In this document: piece after piece, positions 40,345 to 49,121 of the stretch | Numbering within the stretch: the first letter of the stretch is position 1 | How the letters are laid out: each line of letters begins with the position of its first letter | Assembly: GCA_018402665.1 (NCBI GenBank) | Contig: JAGYIN010000007.1 | Span: 46,509 to 110,508 of the forward strand | Direction of reading: 5' to 3' | DNA length: 64,000 nucleotides | From: Schleiferiaceae bacterium | GTDB lineage: Bacteria > Bacteroidota > Bacteroidia > Flavobacteriales > Schleiferiaceae | Translations under genes and position numbers: made by a program | The notes under the pieces: model-generated | Databases searched by the model: none | Told to the model about the DNA's origin: nothing | The model's input: the letters and a program-made list of their open reading frames with translations, nothing else

Positions 40345-40380
40345 GGGCCGCGCCTTAATTCGGCGCGGTCCGCTATTTTT
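40345..40380 (+). terminator. Intrinsic terminator after gapA
   Basis: 10-bp stem gggccgcgcc / ggcgcggtcc (one G-U pair) with a 7-nt loop, followed by gctaTTTTT. Confidence 0.65.
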
Positions 40381-40386
40381 GACCGT

Positions 40387-41259
40387 ATGATACTAATCGC
40401 CGAAAGTGGTTCTACAAAATGTGATTGGGTGGTTCTGAACCCTGATGGTTCGGAACACAAAAGATTCTCTACCATGGGATTCAACCCCTATTTCCATTCC
40501 GCGCCCTTCATTCATGAGGAGCTTAGCGGCAATACAGTGGTTTCTAAAATCCACAACGGTGTAGATTACGTTTACTTTTATGGGGCCGGTGCATCCAGCG
40601 AAAGCCTCAAGGACATTATTCACGACGGCCTAAAACGCGTTTTCAAAAACGCTTCGATCAATGTTGATCATGATTTAGTTGCAAGCGCCTATTCCACCTA
40701 CACCGGTGAGCCCGCCATTACCTGTATTTTAGGTACCGGATCCAACAGTTGTTACTTTGATGGCGAGACGGTGAGCGATGAGGTACCGGCGTTGGCTTAT
40801 ATTCTAGGCGATGAAGGCTCTGCCAGTTTTATTGGTAAACGACTCGTTTCAGATTTCTTGTACAAGCGTCTCCCAGAAGAAATGTCCCGTGATTTTTTCG
40901 ACACCTACGGTGTAGATAAGGATGAAATCATCACCAGCGTTTACAACAAACCAAACGCAAACGTCTATCTGGCCTCATTCAGCCGTTTTGCCGGCAAGCA
41001 TATGGAACACCCGTATGTTAAAATGATTGTGCGTGAAGGATTCGCAAAATTCGCAGATATTCATATCGGCTGTTTTGCAAATGCGACAGAAGTACCGGTG
41101 CATTTCGTAGGATCTGTCGGCGCCATCTTCCACGAAATTCTAGAAGAGGTTTTGGAAGAACGCGGTTTCCGTATGGGCCAAATCTTACGCAAACCTGTAG
41201 ACGGTTTAATTAAATACCATTTAGAATACCTCAACATCTTAAATGCCTATCAGGTGTAG
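40387..41259 (+). CDS. BadF/BadG/BcrA/BcrD-type ATPase (N-acetylglucosamine-kinase-like); candidate sugar kinase
   Basis: N-terminal IAESGSTKCDW and GTGSNS phosphate-binding motifs of the ASKHA fold. 290 aa. Confidence 0.7.
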   Translation: MILIAESGSTKCDWVVLNPDGSEHKRFSTMGFNPYFHSAPFIHEELSGNTVVSKIHNGVDYVYFYGAGASSESLKDIIHDGLKRVFKNASINVDHDLVASAYSTYTGEPAITCILGTGSNSCYFDGETVSDEVPALAYILGDEGSASFIGKRLVSDFLYKRLPEEMSRDFFDTYGVDKDEIITSVYNKPNANVYLASFSRFAGKHMEHPYVKMIVREGFAKFADIHIGCFANATEVPVHFVGSVGAIFHEILEEVLEERGFRMGQILRKPVDGLIKYHLEYLNILNAYQV

Positions 41260-41262
41260 CGA

Positions 41263-41910
41263 ATGATTAAAGGATTTCTCTTTGATTTAGACGGCGTTAT
41301 TGTAGATACCGCCGTTTTTCATTTCCAAGCGTGGCGCCGTCTTGCGCAAAAATTGGGCGGCGATTTTACTGAAGCACAAAACGAACAACTCAAAGGCGTG
41401 AGCCGCGTAGATTCACTTAAGAAGATTTTGGAGTGGACTGGGGCGACGATTTCCGACGAGGAATTCCAAGCGCTGATGGCGTTAAAAAATGAATGGTACC
41501 TAGAGTTGGTTACCCAACTCAGCGCTAAGGATGGATTGCCTGGTGCAGTAGATTTTTTACACCAAGCAAAGGCACAAGGAATTGGGATTGCGCTCGGTTC
41601 GGCATCTAAAAATGCCCACCTTATTTTGGATAAAATGAACTTACTACCCCTGTTCGATGCGATAATTGATGGGAATAATGTGGTAAATGGCAAACCGCAT
41701 CCTGAGGTATTTTTGAAAGGCGCAGAAGCACTAGGTCTGGCGCCGGTGGAATGTATCGTCTTTGAAGATTCTATCGCCGGAGTGCAGGCTGCAAAAACAG
41801 GCGGAATGTCGTGTGTAGGGATTGGAACACCTGATATATTGGGTGGAGCGGACCTTTATTTTCACGCATTGGGCGAAACCACACCTGAAGAACTTCTGCG
41901 CGCACTATAA
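41263..41910 (+). CDS. pgmB: Beta-phosphoglucomutase (HAD superfamily)
   Basis: FLFDLDGVIVDT, KGVSRVDSL and GKPHPEVF. Adjacent to the GH65 phosphorylase. Confidence 0.9.
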   Translation: MIKGFLFDLDGVIVDTAVFHFQAWRRLAQKLGGDFTEAQNEQLKGVSRVDSLKKILEWTGATISDEEFQALMALKNEWYLELVTQLSAKDGLPGAVDFLHQAKAQGIGIALGSASKNAHLILDKMNLLPLFDAIIDGNNVVNGKPHPEVFLKGAEALGLAPVECIVFEDSIAGVQAAKTGGMSCVGIGTPDILGGADLYFHALGETTPEELLRAL

Positions 41911-41928
41911 CTGCGCAAAGAAAGCACC

Positions 41929-44256
41929 ATGTTCAACAAATACACCGAGGTCCATCCTTGGAAAATCATTGAAAAAGGTTGGAATGCATCCAACCACCCG
42001 AAAAGTGAAAGTCTATTTTCCATAGGCAATGGTCGAATGGGCCAACGGGCCAATTTTGAGGAAACCTACACCGGAAAAAGTTTACAAGGTTCCTACATCG
42101 CAGGGGTATACTATCCCGATAAAACGCGCGTAGGTTGGTGGAAAAACGGCTACCCCGAATACTTCGCGAAAGTCCTCAACTCCTGCAACTGGATCGGCCT
42201 AAAAATTACCGTGGATGGCGAAACTTTAGATATAAACACGGCTGCGGCGGTGAATGATTTTTACCGCGAACTCGATATGCAGAGCGGACTTTTGAAGCGC
42301 TCATTCCAAGCAACACTTCCTTCCGGAAAAATAGTCGCAGTCCAAACAGAACGATTCGTAAGTATCGTAAATGACGAGATTGGAGCACTGTCTTACAGCA
42401 TTACTCCAATCAACTTCTCCGGTTCCATTGAAATCTGCTCTTACCTTGACTTTGATGTGGAAAACGAGGACAGTAATTACGATGAGAAATTCTGGGAATC
42501 GGTCAGCTGCGGACAAGAGAACGGGACCAGTTATGTCCATGCTAAAACAAAGAAAACCGGATTTGACGTCAGTGTAGCCATGCGCAACAGCAGCGCGGTT
42601 GACGGCGCAGCCGTAGCTTGGGATTCGACCACAGAAGCAACGCACATGTACGTTTGTGAATGTGCGGCATTTAATGTTCCGCAAGGGCAATTACTGCAAC
42701 TGAATAAATTCGCTGCCGTACTATCAAGCATGAACCATGAGGCAGCTCGTTTGGATACAAAGGCAGCGGCGAGCGCTACGGCAGCTGCAGCCCAAGGCTA
42801 TGAGGCATTACGCGATGAACACGCTACGGCTTGGCACAAGAAGTGGGAAACCTCTGATATTGAAATAGAAGGTGATGCGGAAGCACAGCAAGGCATCCGT
42901 TTCAACATCTTCCATATGAACCAGACTTTCACGGGTGTGGACGATAGATTAAACATCGGTCCTAAAGGATTTACCGGTGAAAAATACGGCGGTTCTACCT
43001 ATTGGGATACGGAAGCCTACTGCTTGCCCTTCTACCTCGCAACGGCACAGCCGGAGGTGGCAAAGAATTTATGTTTGTACCGGTACAAGCAACTCGACAA
43101 GGCGATCGAAAACGCAGGTAAGCTTGGATTTACCAGCGGGGCAGCATTGTATCCGATGGTTACGATGAACGGCGAGGAATGCCACAACGAGTGGGAGATC
43201 ACTTTCGAGGAAATTCACCGCAACGCAGCTATCGCATACGGCGTGTTCGACTATATACGTCACACACAAGATTGGGGCTATTTGGCCGAAGGAGGATTTG
43301 AGGTTCTTCTCGGTATAAGCCGATTCTGGTCGCAACGTGTGAATTGGTCCGAAGAAAAAGAGGCCTACGTCATGCTAGGTGTAACTGGGCCGAACGAATA
43401 CGAGAATAACATCAACAACAACTGGTACACCAACCGCATGGCGGCGTGGACCTTGGAGTGGACGCTGGAAGCCTACAATTGGCTGAAAGAAAATGCTGCG
43501 GACGCGCTCAGTCCTATCGCGATAAAAACTGCCCTAAATACTGATACTGAATTCGCTAAATGGAACGACATCATTGCGAAGATGTACTACCCGAAAAGTG
43601 AAAAGCTTGGTGTGGTATTGCAGCAAGACGGCTTCCTCGATAAAGAGCAGCTTACCGCAGATGACCTCAGCCTGGACGAGCGTCCGATCAACCAAAATTG
43701 GAGTTGGGACCGCATCTTGCGTTCAATCTTTATCAAGCAAGCGGACGTATTGCAGGGCTACTACTTCCTCAACCATTTGTACGAGCAAGAAGAAGTAAAG
43801 CGCAACTTTGATTTCTACGAACCAAAGACCGTACACGAGAGTTCGTTGAGCCCTTGTGTGCACGCCATCCTAGCAGCACAGATTGATTACCCAGAGAAGG
43901 CCTACGAAATGTATTTGCGCACCTCTCGTTTGGACATCGACGATTACAACCGCGAAGTTCACGAAGGACTGCACATTACTTCGATGGCAGGAACTTGGAT
44001 GTCTGTAGTTCAAGGGTTCGGGGGGATGAAGATTCGTGGCGAAGAACTGCACTTCACACCAAAGCTCCCGGCACAATGGAAGGGCCTTACCTTCTCTATC
44101 CTTTGGAGAGGCGCGACGCTAAAAGCAACCCTCACCGTCGAAGGTATGACCATCGAGAACGTAAGCGGTGCTCCTGCTAAATTCGCTATCGACGGCCAAT
44201 GGTTTGAAGTAGCGGAATGTGAAAAAGCATCCACGGCAGCTACGGTAATGGCATAA
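41929..44256 (+). CDS. GH65 glycoside phosphorylase (maltose phosphorylase type)
   Basis: 775 aa. The N-terminus PWKIIEKGWN...ESLFSIGNGRMGQRANFEE is typical of GH65. Paired with pgmB. Confidence 0.9.
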   Translation: MFNKYTEVHPWKIIEKGWNASNHPKSESLFSIGNGRMGQRANFEETYTGKSLQGSYIAGVYYPDKTRVGWWKNGYPEYFAKVLNSCNWIGLKITVDGETLDINTAAAVNDFYRELDMQSGLLKRSFQATLPSGKIVAVQTERFVSIVNDEIGALSYSITPINFSGSIEICSYLDFDVENEDSNYDEKFWESVSCGQENGTSYVHAKTKKTGFDVSVAMRNSSAVDGAAVAWDSTTEATHMYVCECAAFNVPQGQLLQLNKFAAVLSSMNHEAARLDTKAAASATAAAAQGYEALRDEHATAWHKKWETSDIEIEGDAEAQQGIRFNIFHMNQTFTGVDDRLNIGPKGFTGEKYGGSTYWDTEAYCLPFYLATAQPEVAKNLCLYRYKQLDKAIENAGKLGFTSGAALYPMVTMNGEECHNEWEITFEEIHRNAAIAYGVFDYIRHTQDWGYLAEGGFEVLLGISRFWSQRVNWSEEKEAYVMLGVTGPNEYENNINNNWYTNRMAAWTLEWTLEAYNWLKENAADALSPIAIKTALNTDTEFAKWNDIIAKMYYPKSEKLGVVLQQDGFLDKEQLTADDLSLDERPINQNWSWDRILRSIFIKQADVLQGYYFLNHLYEQEEVKRNFDFYEPKTVHESSLSPCVHAILAAQIDYPEKAYEMYLRTSRLDIDDYNREVHEGLHITSMAGTWMSVVQGFGGMKIRGEELHFTPKLPAQWKGLTFSILWRGATLKATLTVEGMTIENVSGAPAKFAIDGQWFEVAECEKASTAATVMA

Positions 44257-44276
44257 TGAATTGATACTATCTTAGG

Positions 44277-44300
44277 AAGGCGCCACGTGCGCCTTTTTTT
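44277..44300 (+). terminator. Intrinsic terminator after the GH65 gene
   Basis: Stem aaggcgc / gcgcctt with a 5-nt loop, followed by T7. Confidence 0.75.
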
Positions 44301-44312
44301 AGCGCACAGCAC

Positions 44313-46568
44313 ATGAAGAACTTTTTAACCTTACTATCCATCGGTGCAGCATTTGCTGCCTGTGAAGTTGAACATTCAGCCCCCCTTCGCATGCAGGCCT
44401 CGGATCTTGCATCGCCACACGTTCATCACGGTACTCAGAGTGCCTTCGTTGTAAACGATTATGCAAATGGCCTACTCGAATTACCAAGTGGCCTAGACTT
44501 CGACGGCGAGGTGATCACGGGTACGCTCGAGCGTGAACTAAACGTCGCGCATATTGACGGGGATGGCGAAGATCTATTTGTGCCGTTCTTTAGAGGCGCC
44601 AAGCGTGCCATCACCTTGAGCATTCCTGGTTTCGAAGGAGAAGAGGTAAAAGTCAAAGGCGTGTTTAACGCATGGAACAGCGATGCCACCTTCTTGAAAT
44701 GGAACGGCAGCGCTTGGGAAACGCCATTAGTGCTCGCACCGGGTGAATATGCCTACAAACTCGTCGTGAATGGTGAGGAAGTATTGGACCCCTCGAATGA
44801 TGTAACCGTTCCCAATGGATTTGGAAGCTTTAACAATGTCTTGACCGTGGAAGGCGGTGGCGGTGAATCTCCTGTAGCCATTGATTTCCAATTCGTGCAC
44901 GAAGGCGCTATGCGGTTTTCGAGCATCCCAGAAGACCAAGAAGTTTTAGCATTCTTCAACAATCGCGTTATTGAGGTAGCGCGCGATGAGGATGGGCTAA
45001 GCATTGCTATTCCTGCAGATGCAAAGGAATGGGAACGCGCCTGGATCAGAGTGTATACCGCGAGAAACGGACAGCAAGGAGGGGATTGGTTGATCCCATT
45101 GAAGTTTGGCGAGGTGGTTATTGATACAAAGGAATTGGACCGTAAGGATTGGCACACTTCCATCATGTATTTCGCTATGGTGGACCGATTCTTCAACGGC
45201 AACCCAAACAACGATCAGCCGGTTCAGGACTCGGCCGTGCACCCTCGTGCCAACTACCAAGGCGGGGATATTGAGGGAATGCGCCAAAAATTGGCCGAAG
45301 GATATTTTGATGCGCTCCATACCAACACCCTTTGGATCAGCCCAATCACACAAAATCCTGAAGATGCTTGGGGCCTATGGAACCAAGGCGGACCGGTGAG
45401 CTCGTTCTCGGGATACCACGGCTACTGGCCCGTTAGCAACATCAAGCCGGACCACCGTTTCGCTAGTCCTGAAGAGCTGCATTTGTTCCTTGACGACGCG
45501 CATGCGAATGAGCAAAATGTATTGCTCGATTATGTGGCCAACCACGTCCATGAACTGCACCCGGTGTACCAGAAATACCCAAACTGGGCCACCAACAAAT
45601 ACACCGCAGACGGACGACTCAATACCCAGCTTTGGGACGAGGAGCGCTTGACGACTTGGTTCGACACCTTCATGCCGACTCTCGAGCTTCGCAACGACAC
45701 CATAGCAGACCTGATGAGTGATAGCGCACTGGTATGGATTACGGAATATGACTTCGACGGTTTCCGCCACGATGCAACCAAGCACATCCCGATGAATTTT
45801 ACGCGTTTGCTCACACAGAAAATTCGTGCTGCGAGCGATAAGCACATATATCAGATTGGAGAAACCTACGGCTCGGATGAACTCATTGCCAGCTACGTCG
45901 GTAGCGGCAAAGTTGATGCCCAATTCAACTTCAACCTCTACGATGCCGCCTTTGAAGCCTTCACCCAAGAAGGGGCAACGTTCGACCGCCTCCGCAAGGC
46001 TTTGGAAAGCAGCCTTACCTACTACGGCCACCACCATTTGATGGGGAATATTTCCGGCAATCAAGACAAGCCGCGCTTCTGCTCTATGGCCTCTGGACAC
46101 CTGAGCATGAGTGAAGACACCAAACTTGCTGGGTGGACACGCGAAATCCCAAAACCTACTGAGCGTGGGTATCGAAAAATGGCCGCCATGCACGCCTTCA
46201 ATATCGCAGTTCCTGGTATTCCTATTCTCTACTACGGTGACGAGATTGCCCTTCACGGCGGGAACGACCCAGATAATAGAAAGATGATGCCGTTTGACTT
46301 TTCACCCCGTCAGCAGCAGCTCTTTGATCGCATAGCGCGCTTGAATGAAAACAGAAGCCGAATCATGGCCTTGAACTACGGTTCAACGACCGTTTATCAA
46401 CCTGAACCGCACCTGCTCATCATTGTGCGCAAGTACATGGAACAGGAGGTACGCTTCTTCTTTAACAACAGTAATGAGGATCGCTACCTCGAAGATTGGG
46501 ACATCACGGTTCCCGCAGATGGCGAAATCTATCAAACCCGCAATTGCGGCCAATTCAACCAAGATTAA
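44313..46568 (+). CDS. GH13 alpha-amylase family lipoprotein with an N-terminal CBM48-like module
   Basis: Lipobox GAAFAAC. VKVKGVFNAWNSD. GH13 regions DRFFNGNPNND, GGDIEGM, LLDYVANHV, GFRHDATKH, IGETYG and GNQDKPRF. Confidence 0.9.
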   Translation: MKNFLTLLSIGAAFAACEVEHSAPLRMQASDLASPHVHHGTQSAFVVNDYANGLLELPSGLDFDGEVITGTLERELNVAHIDGDGEDLFVPFFRGAKRAITLSIPGFEGEEVKVKGVFNAWNSDATFLKWNGSAWETPLVLAPGEYAYKLVVNGEEVLDPSNDVTVPNGFGSFNNVLTVEGGGGESPVAIDFQFVHEGAMRFSSIPEDQEVLAFFNNRVIEVARDEDGLSIAIPADAKEWERAWIRVYTARNGQQGGDWLIPLKFGEVVIDTKELDRKDWHTSIMYFAMVDRFFNGNPNNDQPVQDSAVHPRANYQGGDIEGMRQKLAEGYFDALHTNTLWISPITQNPEDAWGLWNQGGPVSSFSGYHGYWPVSNIKPDHRFASPEELHLFLDDAHANEQNVLLDYVANHVHELHPVYQKYPNWATNKYTADGRLNTQLWDEERLTTWFDTFMPTLELRNDTIADLMSDSALVWITEYDFDGFRHDATKHIPMNFTRLLTQKIRAASDKHIYQIGETYGSDELIASYVGSGKVDAQFNFNLYDAAFEAFTQEGATFDRLRKALESSLTYYGHHHLMGNISGNQDKPRFCSMASGHLSMSEDTKLAGWTREIPKPTERGYRKMAAMHAFNIAVPGIPILYYGDEIALHGGNDPDNRKMMPFDFSPRQQQLFDRIARLNENRSRIMALNYGSTTVYQPEPHLLIIVRKYMEQEVRFFFNNSNEDRYLEDWDITVPADGEIYQTRNCGQFNQD

Positions 46569-46578
46569 TTCACACAAC

Positions 46579-47925
46579 ATGAAAAGAACCTTAATAGCCT
46601 TAAGCGCAGTACTGACATTAGCGGCTTGCAACGCGCCGGAATCGGCACCGGAAACCACCTCAACCTGGGAAGACGCAAAGCTTCCAGAGTGGGCGAAGGA
46701 TGCTAACATTTATGAGGTCAACATCCGTCAGTACACACCGGAAGGAACTTTGAATGCTTTTAAGGAGCACCTTCCGCGCTTGGCAGAGATGAACGTAGAT
46801 ATCCTTTGGTTCATGCCCATCCAACCTATTGGCGAGCGCAACCGCAAAGGCGAGCTCGGCAGCTACTATTCCATCCAAGATTACACCGCAGTCAACCCGG
46901 CCTTTGGAACCGTTGAAGATTTTAAAGCCATCGTGGACGAGGCGCACGCCTTGGGCATGCACGTATTGCTCGACTGGGTGGCCAACCACAGTGCTTGGGA
47001 CCACTCTTGGGTAGAGACGAACGACGATTTCTACACGCGCGATGAAGACGGCAGCTATCCTATGGAAGCCATCGGAAACGACGGTGGCAAAACGGGATGG
47101 ACCGACGTGGCAGATTTGAATTATGACGCACCACTTCTAATCGACTCCATGGCTGCAGAAATGGATTGGTGGGTAAGTAAGACGAACATCGACGGATTCC
47201 GTTGTGATATGGCCGGAATGGTGCCGTATGCCTTCTGGGAGCACGCCATTCCAATGTTGCGAGAGAAGCATGGACCCCTTTTCTTCCTCGCCGAATGGAG
47301 CGAGCCTCATTTGCTCAGCACCTTCAATGCAGATTACGGTTGGGAGTTGCACCACTTGATGAATGACATAGCCAAGGGTCATAAAAATGTTCACGAGCTC
47401 GAAGTTTATGCTGCGAAGAATGATACGGTCTATGGCGAAGATGCGATGAAGTTGTACTTCACCTCCAACCACGACGAGAACAGCTGGCAGGGCAGTGCTA
47501 TCGAGCGCATGGGCGACGATGCGCTCGCCTTCTTTGCGCTTGCCTTCATGATGGACCAGAGTTTCCCTTTGCTATACACCGGTCAAGAAGCCGGCATCGA
47601 TTTTAGGTTCCCCTTCTTTAGCAAGGACACCGTGGGTGTGGATTGGTCCGCGAATACGGATCATGCAGATTGCTACACGAAGCTTTTCGAACTAAAACAC
47701 CGCCATCCCGCGTTGTGGAACGGTGCTTACGGCGGTGCTATGACCTTGACTACGGATACTGTAGCGAACACGGTGATGGTCTCTCGAACGCTTGGTGAAG
47801 ACCAAGTAAACGGCTTTTTCGCTTTCGGTGGCGGGGAGGTTGTTGTTGGGGAAAATGCAGGAGAATTGGTCCTTGACCTACACGGGGCGAAAATCTTTAT
47901 CAAAACTTTGGCGACTAACGAGTAA
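46579..47925 (+). CDS. GH13 alpha-amylase lipoprotein
   Basis: I chose the start at MKRTLIALSAVLTLAAC (lipobox). GH13 regions VLLDWVANHSA, GFRCDMA, FFLAEW and FTSNHDEN. The longer track ORF from 46423 overlaps the previous gene. Confidence 0.9.
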   Translation: MKRTLIALSAVLTLAACNAPESAPETTSTWEDAKLPEWAKDANIYEVNIRQYTPEGTLNAFKEHLPRLAEMNVDILWFMPIQPIGERNRKGELGSYYSIQDYTAVNPAFGTVEDFKAIVDEAHALGMHVLLDWVANHSAWDHSWVETNDDFYTRDEDGSYPMEAIGNDGGKTGWTDVADLNYDAPLLIDSMAAEMDWWVSKTNIDGFRCDMAGMVPYAFWEHAIPMLREKHGPLFFLAEWSEPHLLSTFNADYGWELHHLMNDIAKGHKNVHELEVYAAKNDTVYGEDAMKLYFTSNHDENSWQGSAIERMGDDALAFFALAFMMDQSFPLLYTGQEAGIDFRFPFFSKDTVGVDWSANTDHADCYTKLFELKHRHPALWNGAYGGAMTLTTDTVANTVMVSRTLGEDQVNGFFAFGGGEVVVGENAGELVLDLHGAKIFIKTLATNE

Positions 47926-47950
47926 CTTTAAGCTCCCAAAGAACCACCGC

Positions 47951-48451
47951 ATGTATAAGATCGCAGGTAAAAATTCATTTGAGGTTTCGCCTGAAGCCAA
48001 TGCCGCAGAGGGATTGCTCGACGGAACGTATTACAATCTCGATATTGAAAAGATTGATTCGAGAACTTGGCATATCCTAAAAGAGTACAAATCCTACTAC
48101 GTACAATGGGTTGAACGCGCTGAAGATTCGAAAACCTTTACGCTGAAAATTAATGGACAGACGATGGTGTTGGAGGCGAAAGACCAATACGATCTATTGT
48201 TAGAGAAGATGGGAATTGCCGGTGGAGCTTCATCAAAAGCTACTAAACTAAAAGCGCCGATGCCTGGTAAAGTCTTAGAGATTATGGTAGAAACGGGCAA
48301 AACAGTAACCAAAGGTGAAGGTTTGCTCATACTCGAAGCCATGAAAATGGAGAACATGCTCAAGGCCGAACAAGACGGAATAATTAAATCCGTGAACGTT
48401 TCAGTAGGCGATGCTGTTGAAAAGAATAACGTACTAATAGAATTTGAATAA
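47951..48451 (+). CDS. Biotinyl/lipoyl-domain protein (BCCP-like paralogue)
   Basis: I chose the start at MYKIAGK. The C-terminal domain has LEAMKMENMLKAE (biotinylation-type AMKM). This gene is distinct from accB at 3781. Confidence 0.75.
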   Translation: MYKIAGKNSFEVSPEANAAEGLLDGTYYNLDIEKIDSRTWHILKEYKSYYVQWVERAEDSKTFTLKINGQTMVLEAKDQYDLLLEKMGIAGGASSKATKLKAPMPGKVLEIMVETGKTVTKGEGLLILEAMKMENMLKAEQDGIIKSVNVSVGDAVEKNNVLIEFE

Positions 48452-48452
48452 C

Positions 48453-48923
48453 ATGAAAAAAACACTCCTATTATCCGCAATCGGCGCAATCGCATTTAGT
48501 TGTAGCCAGCCTACTGAGGCACCAGCAGAAAACCACGAAGGCCACGACCACAACCACGAGAGCATGGCTCCGGAAGATGTCGACGACCCCATAGGACGTG
48601 TGTTCTTTGCGAATCTTGAAAACGGCGATACCGTTACTAATCCAGTTTACGTTGAGTTCGGCGTAGAAGGCATGGAAGTTCGTCCTGCAGGCGAAATTGT
48701 GGAGGGCACAGGCCACCACCACTTGTTGATTGGCAATGCTTTTCTTTCAAAAGGGGAAGTTGTTCCAGCAGATGAAAACAATATTCACTACGGCGGTGGA
48801 CAAACGTCAGATACCGTAACCCTACCTATGGGTGAAGTTCGTTTGGGCATGCAGTTCGCCAACGGCGTACATGCTTCTTACGGCCGCGATATGAGCGCCT
48901 CGATTAAGGTGTTTGTGAAGTAA
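48453..48923 (+). CDS. DUF4399-like lipoprotein with a His-rich N-terminal tract
   Basis: Lipobox IAFSC. ENHEGHDHNHES. Conserved-looking GTGHHHLLI. The ATG is 1 nt after the preceding stop; the track start at 48444 is a TTG. Confidence 0.6.
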   Translation: MKKTLLLSAIGAIAFSCSQPTEAPAENHEGHDHNHESMAPEDVDDPIGRVFFANLENGDTVTNPVYVEFGVEGMEVRPAGEIVEGTGHHHLLIGNAFLSKGEVVPADENNIHYGGGQTSDTVTLPMGEVRLGMQFANGVHASYGRDMSASIKVFVK

Positions 48924-48940
48924 GCACGAAAGTTTTGATT

Positions 48941-48971
48941 AAAAAAAGCCGCTCTTTTAGAGCGGCTTTTT
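48941..48971 (+). terminator. Intrinsic terminator ending the plus-strand amylase array
   Basis: A7 run, stem gccgctc / gagcggc with a 5-nt loop, then T5. Confidence 0.8.
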
Positions 48972-49093
48972 GATTTAGAAACTTAATCCTAAGATAACGA
49001 TACGCTCCTATTGGAGTAATCGTTGCTTCAGACATTCGCAGAGTCTGTTACTGTTAAACATGTTAAGCAACAACTAACCGTTAAAAAGACAAT

Positions 49094-49115
49094 AGGGCAT
49101 GAGAAATCATGCCCT
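49094..49115 (-). terminator. Hairpin terminator after the phytase gene (T-runs on both strands)
   Basis: Perfect 9-bp stem agggcatga / tcatgccct with a 4-nt loop, 6 nt beyond the phytase stop. Confidence 0.7.
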
Positions 49116-49121
49116 TATTTT

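Noticed and set aside
45375-46256. A 293-aa ORF antisense to the GH13 lipoprotein gene.
   Set aside because: It lies wholly inside a well-supported GH13 CDS with all conserved regions intact. Its translation has no recognisable motif and an odd composition. It is most likely a stop-poor antisense frame.
46423-46578. Upstream extensions of track ORFs: 46423 (GH13), 47828 (biotinyl protein), 60148 (paaI), 17781 (aspS), 6360 (msrA) and 59609 (paaJ).
   Set aside because: The extensions overlap the preceding gene or precede a clean signal peptide or conserved N-terminus. Internal ATGs give canonical N-termini. For aspS, the ATG also lies downstream of an exact -7 box.
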